This document shows positions 1 through 9,896 of a stretch of 57,593 bases of DNA, in pieces. Position 1 is the first letter of the stretch, and each line of letters opens with the position of its first letter. The position numbers and the translations under genes are program-made. The stretch is from a virus (lineage: Duplodnaviria > Caudoviricetes), in the IMG/VR virus record IMGVR_UViG_3300033153_010811, positions 1 through 57,593 of that record. One strand, given 5' to 3'. The notes below the pieces were generated by a model, which saw nothing but the letters and a program-made list of their open reading frames with translations, searched no databases and had not been told where the DNA came from.

Positions 1-100
1 TTTCGCCAGCATTTTGGATTGCGTAACGGAAGCCGCCTATGCCAGCAAAAAGGTCAATAAATCGAATGGTTATGTTATTTTTTATTTTTTTCTTTTCCAT
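1..100 (-). CDS. C5 DNA cytosine methyltransferase, N-terminal fragment (runs off left edge)
   Basis: Manual translation MEKKKIKNNITIRFIDLFAGIGGFRYAIQNAGE contains motif I FxDLFAGxGG. Confidence 0.85.
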   Translation of the reverse strand, partial: MEKKKIKNNITIRFIDLFAGIGGFRYAIQNAGE

Positions 101-137
101 ACCAGAAAATATAGTTTAGGGGCAGGCAATTCCTCTG

Positions 138-443
138 TCAGCTAAAGCAGACAGTCTCCTTGCCTGAATTTTTATGAATATACTCGGTAAGATATTCAAT
201 TATTAACTTTTGAATGTCGTAACCCTTCCAAAAGGTGTCTTTGCCGAGTCTATGCCTTGCCTCATGGCATTTCTCGCATAAGGGCATGGTCTCATAGTCT
301 GACGACTTGATACCCATCCCACGACCTGTTACTTGCTCATGATGGGCAACGGCAGGACGGCCGCATATCACACACCCCTTTGATCGTATGAATCTAAGAT
401 ATTTCTCATTCTTATATCTTTTGCGTTTTTGAAAGTTGTGCAT
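138..443 (-). CDS. DUF968-like Zn/His (HNH-like) phage protein
   Basis: CVICG..AHH...PLCEKCH pattern. Confidence 0.7.
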   Translation of the reverse strand: MHNFQKRKRYKNEKYLRFIRSKGCVICGRPAVAHHEQVTGRGMGIKSSDYETMPLCEKCHEARHRLGKDTFWKGYDIQKLIIEYLTEYIHKNSGKETVCFS

Positions 444-462
444 TGTGCTATCTTTGAATTTA

Positions 463-873
463 TTAATTTTGCAAGGCTGTTATTTTTCCATTGTCTGTAT
501 AAACATATTGGCAATCATGGGAATTATAGTAACCATACGGACAGTAAATCCACTGTTTCCTTGTTCCCCGCCTGGTAACTGTTTTATTAATTCGGCGGGG
601 AAGCCCCCACGAACAAACAAGGCCCAGTTCGCTCATACCCAATCGTATTAGCTTTTTTTCTATGAGCGGCCACTCATCATAAGGAATAGCATTCCGCCAG
701 GCCAATTCTAATTTTACCTTTTCTGATCTGGTGAAATAATAATTCTTGCAGAGATCATAAGAATCTTCAGATTTTAAAGCTTCAGGTGACATCATACTAA
801 TACAGCCACTCAAAAACACGATCAAGCCTGACAACGATATGATGACAATATTTCTTAACATAATTTTCATCAT
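463..873 (-). CDS. Putative lipoprotein
   Basis: Hydrophobic N-terminus ending in lipobox LSGC. Confidence 0.6.
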   Translation of the reverse strand: MMKIMLRNIVIISLSGLIVFLSGCISMMSPEALKSEDSYDLCKNYYFTRSEKVKLELAWRNAIPYDEWPLIEKKLIRLGMSELGLVCSWGLPRRINKTVTRRGTRKQWIYCPYGYYNSHDCQYVYTDNGKITALQN

Positions 874-942
874 TATATAAACCTCTTTTTAAGCTAATAT
901 TTATTATAAACGGGCGATTTTTCGATCCGCTGAAACGGATAG

Positions 943-1155
943 CTAACCGCGTCTATCTTGCATCTCATTCCAGGGATTTTTTGATGGTTTTTCAACCCGC
1001 CCATTATTTTTGATATCAGCCCATGACCATGATTCAGCTCCATCTACATGCAATAGAAATTGAATTTCGCCACTTGGTAACTCAGGATGATTTGTATTCC
1101 TAAGTATTTTTTGTACTGCATCCGATATTTCTCTTTTTTGTCGTACTGAAAACAT
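943..1155 (-). CDS. Hypothetical protein
   Basis: ORF with GGAGG RBS in leftward operon. Confidence 0.7.
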   Translation of the reverse strand: MFSVRQKREISDAVQKILRNTNHPELPSGEIQFLLHVDGAESWSWADIKNNGRVEKPSKNPWNEMQDRRG

Positions 1156-1166
1156 TACATACCTCC

Positions 1167-1628
1167 TTATGTAAATGATAATACTTTTTCTATTAATTCG
1201 TTGATCTCGTCTTCTGTCATATTGTTTAATACGGGTATCCGCTTCATTATGACATCCAAGACGTTTTTATATAGATTATTAAAGGTTTCCTGAGACATAG
1301 ATCCGAAAGATAAAGAGTCGGCTTCGATTCTTACGGTACCGTCCAGTCGAACTACGCTGTGGTAATGGCCGGCTAGTATGGTCAGATCTTTTCTGAAGCG
1401 ATCAAAGTTCTTTTCCGGTGTTCCATGCTTGCTTGATACCGTGCCTGGTTGCCAATAATCATATCCCAAGTTAAATAATGCAAAGAGTTTTTTATGAAAG
1501 GCATAATTCCGAACTTGTTTAACTTCTGCAGAAATAACCGAACCTAATTTTTTCTTTCTAAGCCATTTCTCAGCTTCTGAATTGGCTGGTATAAGTCCTG
1601 CTATGGTTTTAATGAGATAGACTTTCAT
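1167..1628 (-). CDS. DUF1367-family phage protein
   Basis: GLIPA...RNYAFHKKLFAL...SLSFGSMSQETF motifs. Confidence 0.75.
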   Translation of the reverse strand: MKVYLIKTIAGLIPANSEAEKWLRKKKLGSVISAEVKQVRNYAFHKKLFALFNLGYDYWQPGTVSSKHGTPEKNFDRFRKDLTILAGHYHSVVRLDGTVRIEADSLSFGSMSQETFNNLYKNVLDVIMKRIPVLNNMTEDEINELIEKVLSFT

Positions 1629-2249
1629 TTAAACCTCATTCAAATAAGCAAATTTCCCAAAATATTCAATAGCTCCCATATTGTATTTTTTAGCGGCTTT
1701 AATCTTATCCTTGAATTGTCCAAGATAAATCTTTTTTTGGTTTATCCTTATTTCCGCTACCCATCTTTTCTTTTTTTTGTTCCAATAAACACCCTTAAAA
1801 CCAGAGCTATTATTCGATGGTTTTCCTCGGTTTTGTTGGTTTTGAGATTGAGTGCTGTACCTTAAATTATCTTTCTGATTATTTAACGTGTCTCGATCTT
1901 TATGGTCAACCATTTGAAGATGGCTTGAATTAAAGTCCATAATTAAGTTTTGCATTCTTAGTGTTTTATTATTTATTTTTGTTATTACATATCCGTTAAG
2001 CGTTAAATGCCATTTATAATCTTTAATTTTTTCAATGTCGTCAACGTCAATTATAGCCCTTGCAACCTCCTGACAATTACGATCATATAGAACAACTTCG
2101 GCAATTTTTTCTTTTATGATTATTTCATTTGGGTCTCTCATGGTTCGTTCTAAAATCTTTCCATGTCTCAATATCTGTGTGTAGTGTTTTATGCAATAGC
2201 CCCTAACATATTTCCTTTTATTGCAACTCTTAATTTTGCATAACTTCAT
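1629..2249 (-). CDS. HNH homing endonuclease with C-terminal AP2 domain
   Basis: VDHKDRDTLNNQKDNLR, then SGFKGVYW..WVAEI..IYLGQF. Confidence 0.9.
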   Translation of the reverse strand: MKLCKIKSCNKRKYVRGYCIKHYTQILRHGKILERTMRDPNEIIIKEKIAEVVLYDRNCQEVARAIIDVDDIEKIKDYKWHLTLNGYVITKINNKTLRMQNLIMDFNSSHLQMVDHKDRDTLNNQKDNLRYSTQSQNQQNRGKPSNNSSGFKGVYWNKKKKRWVAEIRINQKKIYLGQFKDKIKAAKKYNMGAIEYFGKFAYLNEV

Positions 2250-2385
2250 AACATCCCCCTAAAAATAAAAAGCTCCCCCGGCTGACATGAAAAACCATTA
2301 CAATTTTTCACCGGAGGAGCTTGTGTTAATTTTAAGGTTCGGTTTTTCATGTCATTTTATATATATTATTTTCATGGAGTATATG

Positions 2386-2460
2386 TCAAGATATTTTTTC
2401 TTCTGTTTTCGGGTCTGCTGGTATTAACCCCGTTAGCGTCTTTCTTAGAATTATATGCAT
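2386..2460 (-). pseudogene. Truncated 5' remnant of a DUF1367 gene
   Basis: MHIILRKTLTGLIPADPKTEEKIS* resembles the N-terminus MKVYLIKTIAGLIPANSEAEK of 1167..1628. Confidence 0.65.
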
Positions 2461-2544
2461 TCCATTCCTTCCAACTGTTTAATTTTTTCTTGCGCCATTC
2501 CTGATACCAGATCTTGGGATTAATGGGTTCTTCCTTGATTTCGA

Positions 2545-3474
2545 TCATTCCAATAAATCTTTCGCGTTCCTTATAAAATCATTAAAGGGCCTCGTGAATC
2601 TGGCTAAAATTACTGCGCCAGCTCCGGTTGACATTTTTGGCTTATCATTAAAGGCATTTTCAACCTGTTCAATCCAGGATCTAATTTTTTCGACGTCTGG
2701 TTTTAATGCCTCATACCATTCCTTTTTTTCGGCTTCCTGTTTTTCTCTCTCGGCTTTCTCTTTTATCTCGCGCTCGATACGTTCTTTTTCTTCCTGTTCG
2801 GCCCGTTTCTTTGCCTCAAAAGCCTCTAGTTCTCTGGCAAGTTTTTTCTTTTCGGCTTCAATTTTTTCTCTTTCAGCACGTTCTTTGGCTTCCTGTTCCT
2901 CTCTGATTCTGGCAAGACGTTTGGCTTCTGCTTCCTGTTCGGCTTTCTGTTTGGCAAGGCGTTCTTCCTCTGCTTTGCGCTCCGCTTCTTCTTTAGCTTT
3001 ACGCTCCTGTTCTATTTCGTATTGCTGAATTTTATCCTGCAATAATTCAGCATATTCTTCATCGGTCAGGACCGCCACGTCCATGAACGGCAAAACGCAA
3101 TTAACTTTTATTAATTTGTCCAGACGGTCCTGGATTTTTTTGTGCTCCGCTTCTTCCTTTTCTTTTCGGATGCGTTCTTCTTCAGCTTTGACTTTATTTT
3201 CTTCGGTTTGAAGATGTTTTTCAATCGGTTCAAGCAAGCGAAATAAACGCTTTGCCTCGCCATCGACTTTTCTACTCCATTCTAAAGCATCCTTTTTGAG
3301 CTCCTTGCGCTTTTTCTCAATCTCTAACCGTTTACCCTTAACAATCATTCGGGCACTATGAACGGCTTTAAATTGCTCTTTATCGGTCAAATCAGTAATA
3401 GTTAATGCCATAAAACGAGACTCCATTTCCGAAATTGCGGCATTGGTAATATTGTATTCTACGATCTGCTGCAT
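2545..3474 (-). CDS. Long coiled-coil protein of recombination module
   Basis: E/K/A-rich heptads; adjacent to exonuclease and ERF. Confidence 0.75.
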   Translation of the reverse strand: MQQIVEYNITNAAISEMESRFMALTITDLTDKEQFKAVHSARMIVKGKRLEIEKKRKELKKDALEWSRKVDGEAKRLFRLLEPIEKHLQTEENKVKAEEERIRKEKEEAEHKKIQDRLDKLIKVNCVLPFMDVAVLTDEEYAELLQDKIQQYEIEQERKAKEEAERKAEEERLAKQKAEQEAEAKRLARIREEQEAKERAEREKIEAEKKKLARELEAFEAKKRAEQEEKERIEREIKEKAEREKQEAEKKEWYEALKPDVEKIRSWIEQVENAFNDKPKMSTGAGAVILARFTRPFNDFIRNAKDLLE

Positions 3475-3737
3475 TATTTTTCCCCTCCTTTTTCTTTATA
3501 AAAAACAGGATCAATTTTTTCTAACATACCAGCTGCAGTTTTAAGCGTATGGGATATTTTTTTTATTTTATCTTCATGTTCAACAAGAGAGGTTAATTGG
3601 TTGTAGAGAGAATCAATTTTTATTTCATCGCCAATGTTAAAGCGACGCTTGCCATAATAATAGCCTGTTAATTTTTCAATCTCGTAACCTCTAATATCAA
3701 CCATATACCCGTTCTCTGTTTTTGCGAGTATTTTCAT
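3474..3737 (-). CDS. Hypothetical protein
   Basis: Tightly coupled ORF in operon. Confidence 0.65.
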   Translation of the reverse strand: MKILAKTENGYMVDIRGYEIEKLTGYYYGKRRFNIGDEIKIDSLYNQLTSLVEHEDKIKKISHTLKTAAGMLEKIDPVFYKEKGGEK

Positions 3738-3739
3738 TT

Positions 3740-4348
3740 TTACCCCCTTAGTTTTTTAACTATCTTTACAACTTCAAAACAAAACTCGTCCAAAGCCCTG
3801 TCTAATTTCCCAATAAATTTTTCATCTCTTTCAACTGTAATTCTGAGCGGTTCAAGTCTAGGGTAATAACTGTAAAAATCCCACTCATCAAATCCCGTGA
3901 TATACATTGATCCCTGCACTTGTTGAAAATATTCAACAGGGAGCTTATTATTGAGCAAATACTTGACATGAGTTTTAACCATCGGGCACTTTATCTCGAT
4001 CCCCTTATTTTTTCCCTCCAAAAGACCGTCAGGCGAACATAGACGGTCTTTTCTTTCATCCTTATATATCATACCCACCTGCTTGATTTCGACATCGTAA
4101 TCCCAGGAATAGCGATTTCGGGCTTCTTCTTCTCTTTCCATGCCTATTTGCATAGCATGAGAGACATAACCCTGTTCAATAGTTCCCAGGACATATTCGC
4201 CGGCAAGCTGGTAAGCATAGTCTTTGGCTTGTTTGGACAGCTCGCCTTTAGTGGTTACGATCTTACTAAAAGATGATGCACCAGGTTTTCCTGCATGTTC
4301 TCGGAACCATGCCTTGGTTCCTTGTTCTATATCATCAATAACAATCAT
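3740..4348 (-). CDS. YqaJ/lambda-exonuclease family protein
   Basis: QGTKAW, G.E.E, CSPDG, IEIKCP, YFQQVQGSM motifs. Confidence 0.9.
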   Translation of the reverse strand: MIVIDDIEQGTKAWFREHAGKPGASSFSKIVTTKGELSKQAKDYAYQLAGEYVLGTIEQGYVSHAMQIGMEREEEARNRYSWDYDVEIKQVGMIYKDERKDRLCSPDGLLEGKNKGIEIKCPMVKTHVKYLLNNKLPVEYFQQVQGSMYITGFDEWDFYSYYPRLEPLRITVERDEKFIGKLDRALDEFCFEVVKIVKKLRG

Positions 4349-4575
4349 TTTAATTTTAATTTCTTAATAATTTTTTTAGGAGTACAATCTTTACACAAGA
4401 ACGCTACAAGGTCATCCCCACGAAACCATGATTGTCTCGTCTCGCCAATAGCGAACAGTTCACCTTTTTTAAATTTATGACCACAAATTGTGCATCCATT
4501 TTTTGCGCCAGGCCTGTTAAATATTGTTCCCTTGCTCCACTCTGTATTTGTATTGAAGATATAATTTTCGTTCAT
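4345..4575 (-). CDS. Small Zn-finger protein
   Basis: CTIC...CKDC; ATG overlaps the ERF stop. Confidence 0.6.
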   Translation of the reverse strand: MNENYIFNTNTEWSKGTIFNRPGAKNGCTICGHKFKKGELFAIGETRQSWFRGDDLVAFLCKDCTPKKIIKKLKLK

Positions 4576-5378
4576 TTCTTTTTCTTCTCCAACGCTTTCC
4601 ATGCCTCATCAAATCGGGATGCCGGCAAATCAGTCAATGAGCTCACCCTAAGAAATTTACAAAACCTTGTTTCATCAGCTTCGACTTCGTTTATCATGTC
4701 GAGCAGGGATGAGTATTGCTGATCGTTGATAGGCAGAAGCCCTGCCGAATTGCCGTTAGCTGCGTTAGCATCGTCATCATCACCGGTCGGAATATTAAAA
4801 ATCATACAAGTCAAATACCTTCTGCCATATGAAAAAACTGATCCCTCTCCATGTATTTGAGTCATCATAGCCTTGCCTGCAATTCCGGTTGTTTGAACCG
4901 TTAAATCTATGTGACGTTTTTCCGTATGACCTTGAGAATGCATTATATCAACACATATTCTTTTTTGACCTTCTTTGGCAGGCTCCCCTTCATAAAACAT
5001 GAGAGAAAAGCCTTCTTCTGTGTAAATGGGTTTAGCCTGTAAAAGAATGGTTTTTAAATTTGTATAATGACTTTTTGTTTGATCGTTCCATTCCTTAGCC
5101 ACTACAAGATCAATCCTATTCTGAGTCTTTGTCATGGCAACATTAAAAGCCTCTCTTGCATTACGATTAAGAATCTGCTCTTGCATATCAATAATTTGTT
5201 GTAATTTGGCAGGATCAACGTCAGGAATTCTTGCAAGGCGTTCAATAGTTTCTAAAAATGGATTCTGCAATGCTTTTTCTTTTACCCATTTAGGATCTTG
5301 CCCATACGGCACAACTTCAACTGATTCGGCAACACCCCTTTTTTTAAAGTTTTTTACTGTTTTCTCTAAATCGTTCAT
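4572..5378 (-). CDS. erf: ERF-family ssDNA annealing protein
   Basis: GSVFSYGRRYL..IFNI.TGDDDDAN signature. Confidence 0.85.
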   Translation of the reverse strand: MNDLEKTVKNFKKRGVAESVEVVPYGQDPKWVKEKALQNPFLETIERLARIPDVDPAKLQQIIDMQEQILNRNAREAFNVAMTKTQNRIDLVVAKEWNDQTKSHYTNLKTILLQAKPIYTEEGFSLMFYEGEPAKEGQKRICVDIMHSQGHTEKRHIDLTVQTTGIAGKAMMTQIHGEGSVFSYGRRYLTCMIFNIPTGDDDDANAANGNSAGLLPINDQQYSSLLDMINEVEADETRFCKFLRVSSLTDLPASRFDEAWKALEKKKK

Positions 5379-5553
5379 GGTGGTCCTCCATTATATGATC
5401 GGACGGGATTAATCCTTCGTCCTCCAAAAGTTCTTCATAAGCCCTCAAGCATCCCCAACAGACTTGCTTTTTATGGCGCATGATACTACCGTCATCAATA
5501 GGATATAGACGGTCTGCGGGAAGTTCGCATATGTCGCAATAGAGCATTTTCAT
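5344..5553 (-). CDS. Hypothetical protein (CxxC...CxxC)
   Basis: ORF track, operon context. Confidence 0.55.
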   Translation of the reverse strand: MKMLYCDICELPADRLYPIDDGSIMRHKKQVCWGCLRAYEELLEDEGLIPSDHIMEDHHERFRENSKKL

Positions 5554-5831
5554 CCTCCTGTAAACTTCCTGAACAAAATTTCTCGTCTTGAATCCCTATT
5601 TAAAAAGTCTAAAAGATCAAAATAGGTTTTAAATGTTTTTTGATCATAAACTGACAATTTACCAGGCATTCTGGTAAAGCAATAATCGGTTTCTATTGTG
5701 GGATCTTCTCCAATTTTTATGGGGGGATGAATTGTAACACTAAAATCGAGAAAAACAGATGCTTCCCCCCCAATTTTATTATAGTATTTCCATGCCGGTT
5801 TTAATAACAACTCTTTCATTTTATCCCCCAA
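5550..5831 (-). CDS. Hypothetical protein
   Basis: ORF track, operon context. Confidence 0.55.
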   Translation of the reverse strand: MGDKMKELLLKPAWKYYNKIGGEASVFLDFSVTIHPPIKIGEDPTIETDYCFTRMPGKLSVYDQKTFKTYFDLLDFLNRDSRREILFRKFTGG

Positions 5832-6434
5832 TCAATATAGCCAGCAGAGCCGATACTGCGACTATGCCGACCATAGCAAAAAATTCTAATGTTATATCGA
5901 TTAAAGTTTGCATGGCTAATCCTTTTTTGAGAGTGGGAGCCGCCGATTTTGACCGGCAGACTATGCCGAGGCTAACCACAGCCTATTTAAGCGGCTCCCG
6001 GTTTGGCAGACAGTCATATTTGCCTTTGCCGTTAATAAACCACCCCCTTCTAAAAGATCGTAACCTCCCTTTGCCATTCCCGAATGTCAGGCCCAAGATT
6101 TATTTGGTTTTATGCTTGGCGTAAATCGGGTTTTATGGCTTTTTATTTTCCCACTCTCCGTACACTCAAGTCGCAACCTTTGTGCCGTTCGGTGGGATAA
6201 TTCTTTATATATTTATTGCACCATGCGCAAATTCTTATCATCGTTTCACCAGATTGTAATTATTCCAAATACATACGGTATTAATAGTTGTCTTGCCCCC
6301 CAATATCCATTTTCTCATTTTCGGAAAGCAATGAGCTAAAACCGTGACTGCTACTTGAGATGTAATCAGCGTAATTAAGATGTTTAAGATGTAGCGCATT
6401 TGATTTCCCAATGATTTTTGACAACTTCAAACTT

Positions 6435-6518
6435 GAAAATAAAAAAGGCGCACTATCCATATGCAGGATAATACGCCTTTGAGTTGCCAGGTAAACCCTG
6501 GCGGTTCGGTGACGGTTA
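6435..6518 (-). repeat. Dispersed two-hairpin/terminator element, copy 1
   Basis: AGGCGCACTATCC/GGATAATACGCCT hairpin with minus-strand U-run; related copies at 14726 and 16558. Confidence 0.75.
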
Positions 6519-6533
6519 ATTGAAATTTGGGTT

Positions 6534-6618
6534 ATTATAATCACAAACCATATGCGCATGTCAAGAACTTTTTTCATATATTTTTTTCTTGACTTTTGAA
6601 AACTTTTCATATTAATAT
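6534..6618. promoter_or_regulatory. Divergent sigma70-like promoters of the early switch
   Basis: Minus strand: TTGACA (6564-6559) and TATAAT (6539-6534), 19-bp spacer. Plus strand: TTGACT (6589) and TAATAT (6613) just before the ATG at 6626. Confidence 0.5.
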
Positions 6619-6625
6619 TTGAATT

Positions 6626-6808
6626 ATGAAACCAAGAACCGTAAAAATCAAGATAAGTCAACTGGTTAAGATTTTCGGTACACGGAAAGCTGTTGCGGAA
6701 AAATTAGGTGTAACCGAACGGTACATCTATGATTTGCAAAACAACAGAATCCCAGGTAAGCATTTGTACCGATACATTTGCGAGTTGACAGGTCGCAATC
6801 CCTTCTAA
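6626..6808 (+). CDS. Cro-like HTH regulator
   Basis: FGTRKAVAEKLGVTERYIY helix-turn-helix; first gene of rightward operon. Confidence 0.8.
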   Translation: MKPRTVKIKISQLVKIFGTRKAVAEKLGVTERYIYDLQNNRIPGKHLYRYICELTGRNPF

Positions 6809-7557
6809 TCGGGTCATTCCTTCAAACGAACGGCTGGCTTGTCGTGATCAAACAGGCCGACCGATATATTTGCGAAATGGACCAAATGCTAAAAAAAATC
6901 CAGTTTTATTATGGAATAGATTCATCTGATTACGGCGCCCCATCTTTGCCGTACGATTATGAGGAACCGCTCCTATCTAAAAAGCCTCGCAAGTGGCCAC
7001 CGATCACACTGGAAATGCATAAAAAAATTAAACAATTGTACTTAAACAAAAGATATTGCAGTGGAGAAGTAAAAAAATTCGCCAGGCAACACGGCTTGCC
7101 TCGATGGAAAATAACCCGTTATGCTCAACGCATGGGTTGGATTGCCAAACAAAAAAAAGCCCCTGTTTGGACAGATAGAGAAATTAGAATCCTAAAGCAG
7201 AACGCACACCACTCGCCGGAAACCATTCAGAGAAGATTAAAAAGAATTGGTTTCAGGAGAAGCCTCGCCAGTATCATTTTAAAACGAAAACGCATGCGTT
7301 TTATCGCAAATATAGATGGACAGAGCGCAAACTCATTAGCTATGTGTTTAGGTGAAGATGGTCATTTTGTAACAAAAATGATTAAGAACGGCTTACTTAA
7401 GGCTAAAAGGCGAATCCAAAACCGGACGCCTCAACAGGGCGGCAATGTATATATAATTAGAGATAAAGACGTAAAAGACTTCATTGTTAATAATATTCAC
7501 ATGATTGACTTGCGGAAGGTAGATAAATATTGGTTTGTTGATATATTAACCAACTAA
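6778..7557 (+). CDS. Basic putative DNA-binding protein (true start probably downstream)
   Basis: WTDREIRILK SANT/Myb-like segment. Confidence 0.6.
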   Translation: MRVDRSQSLLIGSFLQTNGWLVVIKQADRYICEMDQMLKKIQFYYGIDSSDYGAPSLPYDYEEPLLSKKPRKWPPITLEMHKKIKQLYLNKRYCSGEVKKFARQHGLPRWKITRYAQRMGWIAKQKKAPVWTDREIRILKQNAHHSPETIQRRLKRIGFRRSLASIILKRKRMRFIANIDGQSANSLAMCLGEDGHFVTKMIKNGLLKAKRRIQNRTPQQGGNVYIIRDKDVKDFIVNNIHMIDLRKVDKYWFVDILTN

Positions 7558-7664
7558 AGCTATGACTCTAAAATATTTTTGCAAATGCTGACTTCGCTAT
7601 CTTAATCCTGTGGACAGGTGCGATTGTCGGAAAATATGGCCGGGGGAGCCGTTGAAAGAGGAAT

Positions 7665-7997
7665 ATGAAGAAGAAAATCTATTTAGCGTGTCCTTTCAGC
7701 CACCCAGACCCGAAAGTAAGAGAGTGGAGAGTTGAACAGGCAAGCAAAAAGGCCGCTGAATTAATGGAGTCTGGATATTTAGTTTTCAGCCCTTTAAGTC
7801 ATTCTGTCCCGATTTCTAAATATTGTCGAGTTGACCCTTGTGATAATGATTTTTGGTTAGAGCAGGACCTCTGGATTCTTAGCAGTTGTGATGAGATCCG
7901 TGTTTTGTGTTTACCTGGATGGGAAAGATCTGAAGGTATAAAAGTGGAACTTGAGATTGCTAAGTCTTTAGGAAAAGTTTTATATTTGACATGTTAA
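7665..7997 (+). CDS. DUF1937/nucleoside deoxyribosyltransferase-like protein
   Basis: IYLACPFS...FSPLSHS...GWERSEGIKVE. Confidence 0.8.
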   Translation: MKKKIYLACPFSHPDPKVREWRVEQASKKAAELMESGYLVFSPLSHSVPISKYCRVDPCDNDFWLEQDLWILSSCDEIRVLCLPGWERSEGIKVELEIAKSLGKVLYLTC

Positions 7998-8866
7998 TAC
8001 GAGACCACTATCAAAATTTTAAGAGGTATAATCTTCCGAAAGCACAATTAATTATTGCCGACATCCCTTACAATATTGGTATAAACGCATATGGCTCCAA
8101 CCCGGCATGGTATATTGACGGAGATAACTCAAAAGGCGAAAGTGATCTTGCCGGCAAGAAGTTTTTCGCAACTGATGAGAATTTCAATTCTGCTGAATTT
8201 ATGCATTTTTGCAGCAAGATGATGAGAAAAGAGCCTAAAAAAAAGGGTTGTGCGCCTGCAATGATAATCTTTTGCTCGTTCGAGCAGCAACACGGATTAA
8301 TTGAACTTGCAAAACGGTATAACATAAAGAAATATATAAATTTAATTTTTAGAAAGAATTTTAGCGCGCAAGTTCTAAAGGCAAATATGAGAATTGTAAA
8401 TAACGCTGAATATGGTTTATTATTGTTTAGAGATAAGCTTCCAAAATTCAACAACAACGGAAAAATGATATTTAATATAATTGATTGGGAAAAGGATAAA
8501 AATACCAGCCCGTTATATGAAAAAATTCATCCTAATCAAAAGCCAATCCCTTTGCTCGAAAAACTAATAAATATTTTCACGGATGAGGGTGATGTGGTAG
8601 CCGATCCTGTAGCTGGGAGTGGATCGACAATAATAGCAGCAGAAAATCTTAACCGGAAGGCTTATGGTTTTGAAATAGATAGGAAAATTTATCAAAAAGC
8701 AGAAAAATGGATTAATTATAATAAAAAAGTTCGAGAAGAAATAAACAAAACGCTATTTTCACAAACGCTTCTAAATAAAACAGATCCAGGGCAAATGTAT
8801 TTATGGGGGAATTATGGGAACAAAACTGAAACGCAGAAAAAAGACCCGAAAGCAGAAAATAGCTGA
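7991..8866 (+). CDS. N4C/N6A DNA methyltransferase (beta class)
   Basis: DIPY motif IV before HPNQKP and DPVAGSGST motif I. Confidence 0.9.
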   Translation: MLIRDHYQNFKRYNLPKAQLIIADIPYNIGINAYGSNPAWYIDGDNSKGESDLAGKKFFATDENFNSAEFMHFCSKMMRKEPKKKGCAPAMIIFCSFEQQHGLIELAKRYNIKKYINLIFRKNFSAQVLKANMRIVNNAEYGLLLFRDKLPKFNNNGKMIFNIIDWEKDKNTSPLYEKIHPNQKPIPLLEKLINIFTDEGDVVADPVAGSGSTIIAAENLNRKAYGFEIDRKIYQKAEKWINYNKKVREEINKTLFSQTLLNKTDPGQMYLWGNYGNKTETQKKDPKAENS

Positions 8867-8955
8867 GGGGCATCTAACTTGTAGATCAGAAAAAACGCCA
8901 AGGTCTCTGATTAGGGCGTTAAACAAAATGTCGTTAGAGGAGATACAAATTAAAC

Positions 8956-9159
8956 GTGTCCAAACTATCCATGATGCAGGAACAATCAATACGGGACGAT
9001 AGGGGGAATTGCCGTTGCCCGTATTGTGGGAAATATCGCAAACGATCTGAGTTTGAGGAACAATCCCCTCATGTACCATTGATCGATGCAGACAGTAAAA
9101 TTATGGGCCATCTCCATGTTGCGGCAGCGTGCAAATATTGCTTTGAAGCGAAATATTAA
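8956..9159 (+). CDS. Small Zn-finger protein
   Basis: CPYC...CKYC. Confidence 0.55.
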   Translation: MSKLSMMQEQSIRDDRGNCRCPYCGKYRKRSEFEEQSPHVPLIDADSKIMGHLHVAAACKYCFEAKY

Positions 9160-9161
9160 AA

Positions 9162-9896
9162 ATGGTTAGAACAAATAATATAGTTTCCTTGTCCGGCGGG
9201 AAAGACAGCACGGCCATGCTGTTGATGATGATTGAACATAAAATACCAATACATTCAGTAGTTTTTTTTGATACTGGATGGGAATTTCCACAAATGTATG
9301 GACACATAGATCTTATAGAAGAAAAGACAGGAATAAAAATATGGAGGTTGCACCCAAGATTGCCATTTGAATATTGGATGCTTCACAGACCCATTGTAGC
9401 AAGGAAAGGCAAATTAAAAGGTAAAATACATAGAATTGGTTATGGTTGGCCTTCTATGTCAAGAAGATGGTGCACAACAGAGAAAGTTGGAGCGATTGAA
9501 TATTTTTCCAAACCTATTCCAAATGTAGTTAATTGTATAGGATATGCTTCTAATGAAGATAGAAAGGTTTCTAATCCAAAATATAAAACAAGATTTCCTT
9601 TACAAGAATGGGATATAACAGAAAAAGACGCCTTAGAATATTGTTATAATAAGGGATATAATTGGGGTGGATTATATAAATTATTTAGGAGGGTGTCTTG
9701 TTATTGTTGCCCATTGCAAAGAATTGACGAATTAAGAACATTAAGAAAGCATTTTCCAGATCTTTGGAAAAAAATGTTAGAAATGGATCAAGCAAGACCA
9801 GAACATAACATAGGGTTTAAGGGATATAAAACAGTTAAAGATTTAGAAAGAAGATTTTATTATGAAGATTGTCAAATTAAATTGCCGTTGTCGTAA
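9162..9896 (+). CDS. PAPS-reductase-family protein
   Basis: SLSGGKDS PP-loop, DTGWEF, RWCT, RVSCYCCP. Confidence 0.9.
   Translation: MVRTNNIVSLSGGKDSTAMLLMMIEHKIPIHSVVFFDTGWEFPQMYGHIDLIEEKTGIKIWRLHPRLPFEYWMLHRPIVARKGKLKGKIHRIGYGWPSMSRRWCTTEKVGAIEYFSKPIPNVVNCIGYASNEDRKVSNPKYKTRFPLQEWDITEKDALEYCYNKGYNWGGLYKLFRRVSCYCCPLQRIDELRTLRKHFPDLWKKMLEMDQARPEHNIGFKGYKTVKDLERRFYYEDCQIKLPLS

Noticed and set aside
2594-3028. Antisense ORFs here and across the structural genes
   Set aside because: Shadow frames of well-supported genes on the opposite strand
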